In this document: positions 29,401 to 38,375 of the stretch, piece by piece
Numbering within the stretch: the stretch's first letter is position 1
Layout of the letters: each line of letters opens with the position of its first letter
Source of the DNA: a virus
IMG/VR virus record: IMGVR_UViG_3300021085_000017
Location: 28,116 to 92,115 of that record
Direction: 5' to 3' (one strand)
Length of the DNA stretch: 64,000 bases
Made by a program: the position numbers and the translations under genes
The notes under the pieces: generated by a model
Database searches by the model: none
Told to the model about the DNA's origin: nothing
What the model saw: only the letters and a program-made list of their open reading frames with translations

Positions 29401-32400
29401 TCTGGCACAGCATTAAGTGAATTGGGCATAACTGCTGGAACATATGAGACTAATCAAAATCCAACGATAGATAGTGTTGCTACACAGATTAATGCAAGGT
29501 CTATTTCGGGTGTCACAGCGACAGTAGTAACAGGAACACTTAAGATATCAAGTACAAATCATAACTTAGATATCGTTGAAGTGACTTCTGGTGCTATGAG
29601 TAGATTGGGCTTCGCAACAACTACAGTTGCGATAGATGCCACAGACACAATAGTATCTGACCTAAACGCACAAGTATTCACTATATCAACTGCATTTGCA
29701 GTTAAATCTGATAGACAGGTAAAAATAACAAGTTCAGAAAAGACAATAATTGTTTCTAATATTCTTGGAAACCCACTTTCTGATATGGGAATAACAGCAG
29801 GCACATATACTAACACAGTATCAACAAGTCCTACTGCATTAGAATTCGCTAGTCAGATAACATCAGCATCTGATGTTGTCGTTGGTGTATCAAGTGATGG
29901 TAGAATGATATTCACAAATGATAGTGTATCAATGTCATTCTCAGGAACTCCTGATGCAATACTGACTAAGGTAGGACTATCATTAACATATTCTAACGTA
30001 ACATCAAATGCAAACTTCAAAGCAATGCTTTGGAAGTCAGTAAGATATACTCCAGATTATAACGGCACAACAAGACTTGAATTCGAACAAGAATTAGGGT
30101 TGAATAGTGCAAGTAAGTTGTGGATAGATGATTATGATACTGTCGGATGGGCAGTACTAAGTTATAGTCCAATTGCTGGTAAAACAGTACACGCAAAACA
30201 GGCATCAGTTATAGATACTAATCTAACAAAACGTTTGATTGTCAAAGATGGTGAAGACTTTACAGTTCATAACATTTATGACCCACTAAATCTTAAGATG
30301 GCAGGGTCAACTATTTCTAAACTAGATTATGTTATGTGGACTGACCCAGCAAAATATGATACAGCATCAAGTAATGATGCTTGGTTAGATGAAAGATTAA
30401 ACAAAATGTGGTGGGATACAGACTTAGCACGTTTCTATCGCTATAATGATTATGGTGATTCTGCTGGTAACTTGAATATTGATTTCGTAAGAAGATATTG
30501 GGGTAAGACTGTAGATAATTCTAAACTGATAGTAAAGAAATGGACAAAATCTAGGACTCTACCAGTTGGCGTTGAAGCATATAATTCGAAGAAGTTCTTT
30601 GACGAAGATGCAGGAAGAGAAGTCATTGAATACTTCTTCTGGTCATCAACAGACAAAGATGCAAAAGATTTGTCATTACTGTTGGCATCAAACGGACCTA
30701 GAAACAAATTCTTACCAGTCGGTAAGCGAAGTGTTATTATGAGTAATGATTCTAAATCATATAATAGTCAAACACTTACAGCATCATTAGAGTATCAAGT
30801 AGAAGAAGGAATTGTTAAAGAACATTCAGATTGGCAATTATTACCAGAGAATGACCATACACCAGTTCCTGATTTATTCTTAGATGACCTGATTAACTCG
30901 GTATCTGGTACTACAATTATGCAGTCATATGCAACTAAACTTATTGCATCTCAACTAACAGATGTTAACTTTGCAGTTGTTACGCCAGTTGATAGTATGG
31001 GTGTACAATTCATGTCTGGTCTAACAATAGATGATATCGCAGTGACAACTGATGGTAGAACTGTAAATGCTGAATACTTAACGATTGATGGTTCTAACTT
31101 AAAGATATCTCAAACACATACTATGACTGTCGGAGATGTTCTAAGAGTTTATAGAGTAGAAGACACAGAGAATAATTGGTTTACAAACAAATATGCAATG
31201 AGAGATAACTTCTCAACAGTTGTAAACGATGCAATGAGTAGAAAACTATTACAGACAGAATATTATAATTATGAACAGTATATAGACACTGATGATTATA
31301 TCTTTAGTCTAGGTGATTGGTATATTGATGATTCGTTTAAAAAGATTGATAACTTTGCGTATCTATCAACTACCAGAGAATTTGATATGCTTGAAAGATA
31401 CGAGAATGGTATATCATCATTTAAGTTAAAACTACCTACACATAATGAATTCTATTTTGAATATAATGGTGAATTAAGATTAGTCAATAGAAGCAATAGT
31501 GTTCTGAACATTTCATTGGGCTTCAATGAATTTACATACCCAGAAACAGTTTCAGCAGGAGAATTTGTAATCGGAAACACTTATGAGATATTAGAAGTAG
31601 GAACAACAGACTTTGTATCACTGGGTGCTAATAGTAATTCAAGTGGTGGTAAATTTGTAGCAACTGGTATTGGTTCTGGAACAGGTACAGCATTTAGTCA
31701 ATATTATAATAATGCAACTGGTATTCAGATACATGAATTGATGAACTTGATTAGAAATCGTTCTAAGACAGAGTTTATCAATAATATATTCTATAGAATG
31801 ATTGATTATCTTTATACAGAAAAATCTTATCCTGATTGGCTATTTAAAACAAGTTACTTTGATTTAGATTTACACAGTAGACCACTCAAGCAACACGCAG
31901 TATACCAAAGAGAGAGCGAAGAAGATATCTTAGAGTATATTAGAGAAACAAAACCATATCATGCTAAGATAAGAAATATTAAGAGACTTAATCAATTATC
32001 AGACACAGCATCAGTCACAATGTCAGCAGAAGAAAAACTGAAGATGACTTTAGACTTCGGTGAAGCAAGTAGATATGGCGAGGCAGTATATGATGGTATC
32101 GCTACAGATGATATTGCTGATGGCGAATATGAACAAGGTGGTTTAATAAGATATAGACCATTAGCAACTACAGAAAGTGGTGGATTTGATACAGGCGAAG
32201 TAAATGCTAGAGCCGTCGAATCATCAGTTGTGGTAATTCAAAATTACTTAGATGCTCCGGGTGGTGCAGATGCAGATGTTTCTGGTATACAGAATTTAGG
32301 AAATTTACACCTTGACAAGACAGACTTTTTCGTGTATGATGTATATGGTAGAGGGTATAATATACCAGTTAAGGCATCATGTGCCGTGGCAGAAGATGTA

Positions 32401-32973
32401 GTAATCACTGCTGGTTCGTTTGTTGTAGGCAGAACATATACTATTGTGAAACCTGGAACAACAGATTTTGTCAGTGAACAGGGTGCTAGTGCAAACACAG
32501 TGGGTACAGAATTCGTAGCAACAGTAGTGGGTTCAGGAACAGGTACTGCTAGTGGTCCATTTATGATAACATCATCTGGACTTACAAATGCACAGTTGGT
32601 TGCCTCTAAGAAGAACAAGAGATTGATAGCAGTTATGAAAGCATCATCGCATACTCATAACGCTGGAAAGTTTAAGATTGGAGAACAATACAAAATTGAT
32701 ACAATAGGCACAACAGACTTTACATTAGTTGGTGGTGTTTCTAATACAGTTGGTGGTATATTTACAGCATCAGGAGTAGGTGAAGGCACCGGTACTGCTA
32801 CATGTAAAGAAGGCAACGATATTGAGTTTATGATGTATGATAAACACACATCTGGAACACTTAATATCGATGATAGAGGTCTATATACTACAATGACATA
32901 CGACTTTAAGCAAGGCGATAGAGTGTTTTTACTTGATACTCCACTTGCATTAGTATTACAAGACCCCAAATAG
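23449..32973 (+). CDS. Giant 3174-aa baseplate/virion structural protein
   Basis: Follows gp6; IDLDKFINY..YYW, MWWDT, YIRETKPYHAKIR motifs; internal repeats. Confidence 0.7.
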   Translation: MAKKIYDFLPGHLKNRELESIFETTLNRAFSVGEMEKTKAFVGRKEKGIFKNDDIYLSFPPTSYARDNYGLEPTFTNTTTTDNVFYDDLLNALYNKGALTNDHRRLFNSKSTLSTVALPIDLDKFINYSMYYWVSPNFHAHITGSVNKHYVTINRTTTPTNWWSKNNYWYHYDDIKDFIFDSNSGEITQATRPIIEFDEDIELSNESAAVSLTQTVSAIAGAFVVGSTYTIASVGTTDFTLIGASDNEVGTTFTATDVGSGTGSASWQYIPTFKAYNSSNVYTNDINIFHYVVSENYTLDRQLGFKPKLKAGDFQSEYVFNIDLTNDLTYKLKNDYKSLTLKTDFDYRNLRQEIGDKVDATSIELLQAPKSINAIDIYVNGQKQIGNYSYSSSDKKITLNSSVTGNIYVDYCTNTPVVFDGDGVFQRINPALEYNVDNKSYSNSEMTFSLVYEHFVRIIETAPGLTGSPDAGNNYRKIGDNSDKLRHASQGSVLVTNSVDIKEAYFALTREDYNPIKATEFLSNSYNGYKNKFLTTIIETLSDSASDTKSDLLILEEAINTISMGKQTSVSIFRDSTMLNFGEIHAHYEELDVTVIDGASEQVMPTFRDSILYDKNIVVILDGVVQRLNVDYTLSSGATEILFTSTRASSDIIKVRHYTNIKETYIPPSATSLAITPAHIPEIITDNGYETPTKFIKGHDGSLVPAYPLVNGQVNRIDTILLAFETLIFNNLTDNTSSDIVSMEYAIYGTTGSDYSNSEKKYIMYPFFKKWMMRNSIDDLNNESFDSSPSEYKTWNYRAKNDSAAGYWRGQLLYSYGTDRPLQEPWKAIKKSQKPANFDTTYGSDYTTIAFWNALISKNSLNCPVPVDGSGNLKTPAVLFFGDDISSSDVLEMDQAWEFGDNSPVELAWTRSSEFAFAEFMLMLLSKPFEIMDSYSSQIANIISYSNKSEGINNDNVIADKQNYTFKLGSKLGGFVNNFKLQTENNSLSNSRYTELPEDNFNLFVHPGVPNRSEFFSAIVLEKVSIEDKYPVYAYTDLSSYVEGDIVLNSNDNKYYKRKVTGLSSKESTTPAGSFIVGTTYKINHVGTTDFTLVGSTDNNIGTSFVATGIGSGDGNVSLINFDYGQWTLISQPKINKFGFRIHGYDEINPTFYAMGWDKASGEKAFQTEGDKLQLKTWNAGEYYRVDSYILRNNVPYVCLNSHTAPSDFDESIKNWKPVSKWPTTNKVQAMGYNKLVDDTVKNYNYGDVLQTLDEVAHLIMGYEEYLKLVGWEFTDSTDFGDPVDWENLLLKFLEWQSENNSVGDFITLTPLLTGGIFNTDYGVASVSTETFKNYYRILDASGRRIPTSEVDFHTDGSKLTFASNVPIYGMKMDIRDVEHAFVVDRVDSYGDIIYDPHSHTRNLRMQIDCNRTIDWDGTLTVDGYIVHNDKLIPNFDTMIAETKFYRDTLVDQGLSILNNLKSNQYGYTTRAYLTNHGIERESQLEFYKGFLSHKATVSSINKIVNKNGDFENITHSDIWAVRLSDYGYQSSKYTMSKDITVSDMVQNPFLVQFLDNTKELLPVTKKNNIAIKTTGYVNESDVTYITGTYDSLTSLTGVTLYEGDTAWLQTDEDRDWDVVRLSEVAEISYVGETSDNQLYIGTASAINSTSITKPIYLKIDADEISPTIAGYYLLSANGTKTVNGTVIHEYLIFEEDFEPLTIEIDSATTNSIFVPTSTNSGVEAIGSISNPVFESGDIITIDGTQHTYAPSGATSSGITILGTVANSVVTEGEQASFVVYNNDGLVENGTNTTVTFSGTVATTTGSFSSTQGDQVTIDGTTLTIDYSQSSTISETTTATRSSSLTTGNTVIIDATTKTVADLTVTGTVTSPTMTSTKPLTINGDTISLTSGDDLTAIVTAINTGTSQVVASTSSNQLVLTTSLPQLTMTGGSLIDLGLSTTNSYTDSKLDNLASDLTTISDITATIDSNNRMTIVSSGSSMVISGTALSELGITAGTYETNQNPTIDSVATQINARSISGVTATVVTGTLKISSTNHNLDIVEVTSGAMSRLGFATTTVAIDATDTIVSDLNAQVFTISTAFAVKSDRQVKITSSEKTIIVSNILGNPLSDMGITAGTYTNTVSTSPTALEFASQITSASDVVVGVSSDGRMIFTNDSVSMSFSGTPDAILTKVGLSLTYSNVTSNANFKAMLWKSVRYTPDYNGTTRLEFEQELGLNSASKLWIDDYDTVGWAVLSYSPIAGKTVHAKQASVIDTNLTKRLIVKDGEDFTVHNIYDPLNLKMAGSTISKLDYVMWTDPAKYDTASSNDAWLDERLNKMWWDTDLARFYRYNDYGDSAGNLNIDFVRRYWGKTVDNSKLIVKKWTKSRTLPVGVEAYNSKKFFDEDAGREVIEYFFWSSTDKDAKDLSLLLASNGPRNKFLPVGKRSVIMSNDSKSYNSQTLTASLEYQVEEGIVKEHSDWQLLPENDHTPVPDLFLDDLINSVSGTTIMQSYATKLIASQLTDVNFAVVTPVDSMGVQFMSGLTIDDIAVTTDGRTVNAEYLTIDGSNLKISQTHTMTVGDVLRVYRVEDTENNWFTNKYAMRDNFSTVVNDAMSRKLLQTEYYNYEQYIDTDDYIFSLGDWYIDDSFKKIDNFAYLSTTREFDMLERYENGISSFKLKLPTHNEFYFEYNGELRLVNRSNSVLNISLGFNEFTYPETVSAGEFVIGNTYEILEVGTTDFVSLGANSNSSGGKFVATGIGSGTGTAFSQYYNNATGIQIHELMNLIRNRSKTEFINNIFYRMIDYLYTEKSYPDWLFKTSYFDLDLHSRPLKQHAVYQRESEEDILEYIRETKPYHAKIRNIKRLNQLSDTASVTMSAEEKLKMTLDFGEASRYGEAVYDGIATDDIADGEYEQGGLIRYRPLATTESGGFDTGEVNARAVESSVVVIQNYLDAPGGADADVSGIQNLGNLHLDKTDFFVYDVYGRGYNIPVKASCAVAEDVVITAGSFVVGRTYTIVKPGTTDFVSEQGASANTVGTEFVATVVGSGTGTASGPFMITSSGLTNAQLVASKKNKRLIAVMKASSHTHNAGKFKIGEQYKIDTIGTTDFTLVGGVSNTVGGIFTASGVGEGTGTATCKEGNDIEFMMYDKHTSGTLNIDDRGLYTTMTYDFKQGDRVFLLDTPLALVLQDPK
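24106..32799 (+). repeat. Five dispersed copies of a 46-47-aa coding module AGxFxxGxxYxIxxxGTTDFxxxGxxxNxxGxxFxAxxxGxGxG
   Basis: Copies at 24106-24243, 26662-26799, 31555-31692, 32410-32550, 32662-32799. Confidence 0.85.
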
Positions 32974-33058
32974 ATGTATTAGAATAGAAGTATTGAGAGA
33001 AACGTATAAATACAATAGTAGATAAATATAAGATATAATCTAAGAGACGGATATAAAC

Positions 33059-33718
33059 ATGTTTAAAGATGTAATAAAATCACAAGTAGTAGGCACACTC
33101 AAAATCTACGATAAAGAGAGTGGCGAAGTACTTGTACAAAAGAAGAATGCAATTCATCCAGGAAATATGGCATATGTATTGGCTTCAGCCATGGGCGGCA
33201 AAGCAACGAGTGTAAACTCATCAGGTTCTGCCCCATATATCAATTGGATGCAATTCGGCAAGGGTGGTAGTACCTCAACTACAACTCTTTCTTATCGTTC
33301 TCCTAGAGTCTACCCAACGTATGACCAACTATCAATATCGGCGAGTAACGCTTCATTGTATGTTCCAACTTACGAACAAGAGACAATTAATACAGTGTAC
33401 TATCCAGGAGAGGACATGGGTGCTGGATCCATAGTACCAAACAATACAGCAAAAGTAAAATTCAGTGTAGATGTAAGTCACACTGATTATGCAACCGCTG
33501 TCAGTGGAACAATTCCAACAAGTGACAGTTCTGCAACGTCTACACAAGCAGAACAATTCACTTTTGATGAAATTGGACTACTATCGGGAGTAACCAATAG
33601 TGGTTCACTTGATAAGACAAAAACATTAATGATGACGCACGTGACTTTTCATCCCGTGTTACTTGCGGCAAACCGAACGATTGTAATTGATTATACAGTT
33701 ACAATACAAATTAGTTAA
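33059..33718 (+). CDS. Virion/baseplate structural protein
   Basis: GTLKIYD..KKNAIH..N, FTFDEIGL, MTHVTFHPV..NR.I.IDYT; TATAAATA and GATAAATA upstream. Confidence 0.6.
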   Translation: MFKDVIKSQVVGTLKIYDKESGEVLVQKKNAIHPGNMAYVLASAMGGKATSVNSSGSAPYINWMQFGKGGSTSTTTLSYRSPRVYPTYDQLSISASNASLYVPTYEQETINTVYYPGEDMGAGSIVPNNTAKVKFSVDVSHTDYATAVSGTIPTSDSSATSTQAEQFTFDEIGLLSGVTNSGSLDKTKTLMMTHVTFHPVLLAANRTIVIDYTVTIQIS

Positions 33719-33735
33719 AATTTAGGAGTATAACA

Positions 33736-34653
33736 ATGGCTTCAGGCTCAATTATAAACTACGCGGACTTAGCAAGTCTTCGCAACAAATTAAATGAAAT
33801 TCTAAATGGAACGGGCGTTCATGGTGGATATAACCAATCACACACCATCGCGGCAAATCCATCGACTGGCGATGTAATTGATGATGCATATCACGATTCA
33901 ATTCATAGTGCGGCAGCAAAACTTTCAAATTACTACAATATTTCAAATCCATTCACAGCAGTAAATGCCGGTACAGTAATCGACTGGGACCATTATGGTG
34001 CCGAGGCGTCTGCCTTTGTTACAGCAATCGATACACGCTTTGACTCACCTTGGTCTTATTCAGATTGGGACACAAGTGTTCAAAACGAATCTTCAGAATC
34101 AGCATCAAACTGGAATGGTACTAGAACTCAAATCGTTAAATTTGCATTCGGTTCACAAGCAAATTTAAATGCTTGGTTCGCCGCAGGTGGTGAACTTAGA
34201 GTTTCAGCATCACATAGTGACACATCTGGCAACCAACAGGGTACTTCTTGGGAACAACTTACGTCTGAATTAGGTACATTCACTTACTCAGTAAGACCTG
34301 AAGATTCATCAGATGTAGGAACACGTACAAGATATAAGCATAGTGACGTTGGAACATCTTATACTGTTCATAAGAAAGAATTAGCAGATGATTCAGATTA
34401 CAGTGCAAACTATCTACAAGTTTCAGCACAAACTGCCAACAGCGGTGCAGACTTGTACATTAAAACAGAATTAGTAGACGCACACGTTGCCCGTTCAGGC
34501 AGTGGTTCTGGTTATGCTGGAGCATGGTCATGGACTGGTGCTGACAGTGTACCAGGTGATTCTACTGTTACTATTGCATCGAAGAGATTAACAAACGCAA
34601 GTGGCTCAGTTACTTTAACTAATCCAACTGTTACTGTTACTGATTCTTTATAA
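33736..34653 (+). CDS. Putative tail/fibre structural protein
   Basis: S/T/G-rich; WFAAGGELRV motif shared with next gene. Confidence 0.55.
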   Translation: MASGSIINYADLASLRNKLNEILNGTGVHGGYNQSHTIAANPSTGDVIDDAYHDSIHSAAAKLSNYYNISNPFTAVNAGTVIDWDHYGAEASAFVTAIDTRFDSPWSYSDWDTSVQNESSESASNWNGTRTQIVKFAFGSQANLNAWFAAGGELRVSASHSDTSGNQQGTSWEQLTSELGTFTYSVRPEDSSDVGTRTRYKHSDVGTSYTVHKKELADDSDYSANYLQVSAQTANSGADLYIKTELVDAHVARSGSGSGYAGAWSWTGADSVPGDSTVTIASKRLTNASGSVTLTNPTVTVTDSL

Positions 34654-34677
34654 TCTAAAAGTTGTGGGAAGATGTAA

Positions 34678-35649
34678 ATGGCACCACAGAGTTATTATTT
34701 AACAGGACTATCGCAAAAACAGGATTTAGTTAAATTATTTAACTCTTTTGCAGATGATATCAACAACATTGTTGGTATAGGAACAGGAGATTCGGGATAT
34801 GGTCAAAATCATCTCGTAGTCAACTATGCAGTAGACGAAGTTACTACACCATTGTGGGATGAACTTTTGACCTCAATGTTCTATGCAGGCCGACATCAAG
34901 GCACACCTTTATTTTCGCCAGTTAGCACCTCAAGTGCTGACTGGCCAATAGATGACGTTTACAGTGTCATCTCATCTATTAAAACAGACATTGCAAATAT
35001 AGTAGGTAATAAACTTAACAGTGCTATAGTGTATATGACTGCAAACGCTAATAGAATATCTTCAGCAAAAACATATGTAGACCCTAGTTTAGGTACTCCT
35101 ATATGGACTAATGCTAATCAAATATATTATGAAACAAGAGTGCGTTACTCAGATGCTAATGCTCGTAGACACTTCTTTAACTCTGGCGGTGAAATAAGAA
35201 TCGATTCGGTTCTTTCTGCCATTGACAATTCTCATGCTCAAAGTAATGACTGGAAAACAATGCTAGATGCTATTGCTGTTGTTAAAATAAAGCATTCTAT
35301 CACTGAAGCATCTACGGGTGCAGGCACAGAAGGCTATGGATTTAGTATGCTCACATCATCTTATCAAGTAGTATACACAAAAGGTGGAACAGGTGATTAT
35401 TCCGGTAACCAACTAAATGTTTCAGCAAGACTTGGCGGAACTTCAGATGTAGAAATAAAAATAGGATTTGACGATTCTCATGTTGCTGATTCTGGCAACT
35501 GGTCTACTCCACCTTATTCTGGAACATGGATAGGAAGCGATTATGTTGCTGGTAATCTACAAGTAACAGTTGATGAATTCGTTGCATCTGACACACCAGA
35601 TGGCGTAAATATTACTAGCCCTACATATTTTCCACTTTCTCAACTTTAA
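34678..35649 (+). CDS. Putative tail/fibre structural protein, paralogue of preceding gene
   Basis: GTGDSGYGQ, FFNSGGEIRI, YSGN motifs. Confidence 0.55.
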   Translation: MAPQSYYLTGLSQKQDLVKLFNSFADDINNIVGIGTGDSGYGQNHLVVNYAVDEVTTPLWDELLTSMFYAGRHQGTPLFSPVSTSSADWPIDDVYSVISSIKTDIANIVGNKLNSAIVYMTANANRISSAKTYVDPSLGTPIWTNANQIYYETRVRYSDANARRHFFNSGGEIRIDSVLSAIDNSHAQSNDWKTMLDAIAVVKIKHSITEASTGAGTEGYGFSMLTSSYQVVYTKGGTGDYSGNQLNVSARLGGTSDVEIKIGFDDSHVADSGNWSTPPYSGTWIGSDYVAGNLQVTVDEFVASDTPDGVNITSPTYFPLSQL

Positions 35650-35652
35650 CTA

Positions 35653-35681
35653 TTGACTTTTACCCCAAATTACTGTATTAT
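35653..35681 (+). promoter_or_regulatory. sigma70 promoter of modification island
   Basis: TTGACT-17 bp-TATTAT upstream of AGGAG SD. Confidence 0.65.
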
Positions 35682-35706
35682 TAGTACTAATACAGGAGAA
35701 TAATTT

Positions 35707-36081
35707 ATGGTAGATAATACAACAACAGAAGAAGCAGTTCAGAGACTAGAAAAAGCACTAGACTTTTCTAATACAATGAAGACCTTCAATATTAACAAAA
35801 ACAATCTTAAAGTAAAAACACAAAACTTATTAAGTTATAGTACGTCTGGTGGTTCTTTTACAGTAGACCAGTCACTTATATCTTTTATGAACTTTGTTGT
35901 TTCTAGTGGTAAAACAGAAATATCAATACTTGATAAGAACGATATACCTGTTCATATCGAAGATACCGAAAAGTTTCTAACTGAAGTTTCAAGTTTGTAC
36001 TTCGAAGTAGTAAATGATTATTACAATGATTATCAGAAATTAAGAAGTTCTCGTAAAATAGAGAAAGTACTAGAGATTTAA
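35707..36081 (+). CDS. Hypothetical phage protein
   Basis: Good SD; RLEKALDFSN, GGSFTVD. Confidence 0.65.
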   Translation: MVDNTTTEEAVQRLEKALDFSNTMKTFNINKNNLKVKTQNLLSYSTSGGSFTVDQSLISFMNFVVSSGKTEISILDKNDIPVHIEDTEKFLTEVSSLYFEVVNDYYNDYQKLRSSRKIEKVLEI

Positions 36082-36082
36082 T

Positions 36083-36952
36083 ATGAGTCGAGGCATTATA
36101 GTATTTGCCCAGAATAATGGGTACGTTAACTATGCTAAACAAGCCTGTGCTTGTGCTGGCTATGTTAGAAAACATCTATCTCTTTATGATGAGATTTGCT
36201 TAGTTACAAACACAGAAACACTAGAATCCGAAAAGAATCTAATTGATGAGTATTTTGATAACGTAATAGTTAGCGATACTTTTCAACCAGACAATGTAAG
36301 GTTATTCAAAGATACTACACGTGATACCGAATATGCTTCGTTTAGAAACATGGGTAGAAGTGATGTATATGAATTGTCACCTTATGATGAAACTCTTGTA
36401 ATAGATAGTGATTACTTCATTATGAACAACGTACTAGACCAAGTATGGAACAGTGCCAATGATGTAATGATTAATTGTAAGTATAGAGATGTATCTGAAA
36501 GACACAAAGATAACATATCATACCTTGACAACTTTAGTATTCCTATGTATTGGGCAACAGTATTTTACTTTAAAAAATCTGATTTTGCCGAAAATCTATT
36601 CACTCTCATAAGTCATATAAAATATAATTACAAGTATTATTATTACCTATATAACTGTAGTGGTAATCTATTCAGAAATGACTTTGCCTTTTCTATGGCA
36701 TTACATATACTGAATGGTAGTGTTGCATTTGATGTACCATCATTACCAATTGATTATCTGAATAACAGTTTTGACCTTGACGATATTTTTAGGGTCAATT
36801 CACATGATGATATTATTATGTATTGTGCAGATGCTGAAAGAATTACTGACCATCTACTATCACGTTTCACCTGTACAGATTTACATATTATGAATAAGAA
36901 AGCAGTAAGTAGATTTATAGATGATTTCTTATTACATGGAGAAAGCAAATGA
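36083..36952 (+). CDS. GT-A-fold glycosyltransferase-like protein
   Basis: LSPYDETLVIDSD (DxD), YWATVFYF, FRNDFAFS, HIMNK. Confidence 0.6.
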   Translation: MSRGIIVFAQNNGYVNYAKQACACAGYVRKHLSLYDEICLVTNTETLESEKNLIDEYFDNVIVSDTFQPDNVRLFKDTTRDTEYASFRNMGRSDVYELSPYDETLVIDSDYFIMNNVLDQVWNSANDVMINCKYRDVSERHKDNISYLDNFSIPMYWATVFYFKKSDFAENLFTLISHIKYNYKYYYYLYNCSGNLFRNDFAFSMALHILNGSVAFDVPSLPIDYLNNSFDLDDIFRVNSHDDIIMYCADAERITDHLLSRFTCTDLHIMNKKAVSRFIDDFLLHGESK

Positions 36953-37806
36953 GTAGAGGATATATAACTATCGCACAGAATAGTGAAGACATTGATTACT
37001 TAGAAATGGCTTATGCACTTGCTCTTAGTCTTGGAGCAACTCAAAAAATTAGCAATCTATGTGTGTGCGTTGACGAAGCAACCAAAAAATTAATAACTGA
37101 TAAACATAAAAAAGTGTTTGATGCTATTGTTGATATTCCATGGAATGACGATGCTAAAGGCGACAAATGGAAGATACATAATAAGTGGAAGTATCAACAT
37201 ATGACTCCTTATGATGAGACAGTCATACTTGATTGTGATATGATATTCACTAGTAGCGTAGACTATTGGTGGGACTATCTTACTAAGAAAGAAGTTTGGT
37301 GTTGTACTAATGTTAAAACTTTTAGAAATGAAGACGTAACAAGTGATTACTATAGAAAAAAGTTTACTCAATTAAACTTACCAAACGTATATAGTAACTT
37401 CACTTACTTTAAGAACTCTGGTCTATCACATGAATTCTTTAGAATGGTTGAACTTATTATGGTTCACTGGAATGTATACTATGATAAATTTCTTAAAGGT
37501 ACAGGACAAGACTGGATGAGTGCCGATGTAGCATATGCATTAGCCATTCAACTGTTAGATATTGAAGAAGAAACATGTGATTACGATATTAAAGATGTTC
37601 CTACATTTGTTCATATGAAAAGTATGATACAGAATGTGCCTGTAAATCAGATACAAAACAACTGGACAAAGAGTATCACTAGTGAACTGAGTGATGATTT
37701 ATCTGTTAAGATTGGTAATTTCACTCAAACATTACCTGTACATTATGTAGAGAAGAATTGGATGGATGAAAGTAAAATTAAACAATTAGAGGATGCAGTA
37801 TTATGA
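36949..37806 (+). CDS. GT-A-fold glycosyltransferase-like protein, paralogue
   Basis: TPYDETVILDCD (DxD), LPNVYS, FVHMK. Confidence 0.6.
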   Translation: MSRGYITIAQNSEDIDYLEMAYALALSLGATQKISNLCVCVDEATKKLITDKHKKVFDAIVDIPWNDDAKGDKWKIHNKWKYQHMTPYDETVILDCDMIFTSSVDYWWDYLTKKEVWCCTNVKTFRNEDVTSDYYRKKFTQLNLPNVYSNFTYFKNSGLSHEFFRMVELIMVHWNVYYDKFLKGTGQDWMSADVAYALAIQLLDIEEETCDYDIKDVPTFVHMKSMIQNVPVNQIQNNWTKSITSELSDDLSVKIGNFTQTLPVHYVEKNWMDESKIKQLEDAVL

Positions 37807-38375
37807 TAAGTCTTATAAACAAAACAGATACATGTCGTGCTGTTTACTTTGACTCCTTTAGTAAAATCTCACAAATCACAAACAAAATAATAGATACAAA
37901 AGATTTATTTGCATGGTTTGAGATAGAAGACATTAAGCCATTCCTTGAAGGCACATATAAGTTTTCTGATTATATAGTCAGTAGAACAAGTAATCCTCTC
38001 GTATACGAAATTGTGAAAACAAAAGTAGATATTAAGAGAAGAAACAAAGATAACCAATTACATAAAGTTATGATTGAGGAAGATGCTGATATTATTCTTT
38101 CGTTAGATGATGAGGGAATACAATTTGAAGCAGATGAAAAACTAAAAGATACAATAGGTATCGACCCTAATCAACTCTTAACTGTTGCTGGAAAGACTGA
38201 CCATGTGTTCTTTATCTGCTATAAAGATAGACCAGAGTTCTTAATTAAGACAATAGAGATACCATTTTCAGAGTTATTGTCTACTGGAAAACATGTTAAG
38301 TTGTCATATAATAAATACAACGTAAGTGTATATACGCAGAAGTATTTCGACAAGTATTCGTGGAGGAAAGTATGA
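37803..38375 (+). CDS. Hypothetical protein
   Basis: Overlapping start/stop within operon. Confidence 0.6.
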   Translation: MISLINKTDTCRAVYFDSFSKISQITNKIIDTKDLFAWFEIEDIKPFLEGTYKFSDYIVSRTSNPLVYEIVKTKVDIKRRNKDNQLHKVMIEEDADIILSLDDEGIQFEADEKLKDTIGIDPNQLLTVAGKTDHVFFICYKDRPEFLIKTIEIPFSELLSTGKHVKLSYNKYNVSVYTQKYFDKYSWRKV

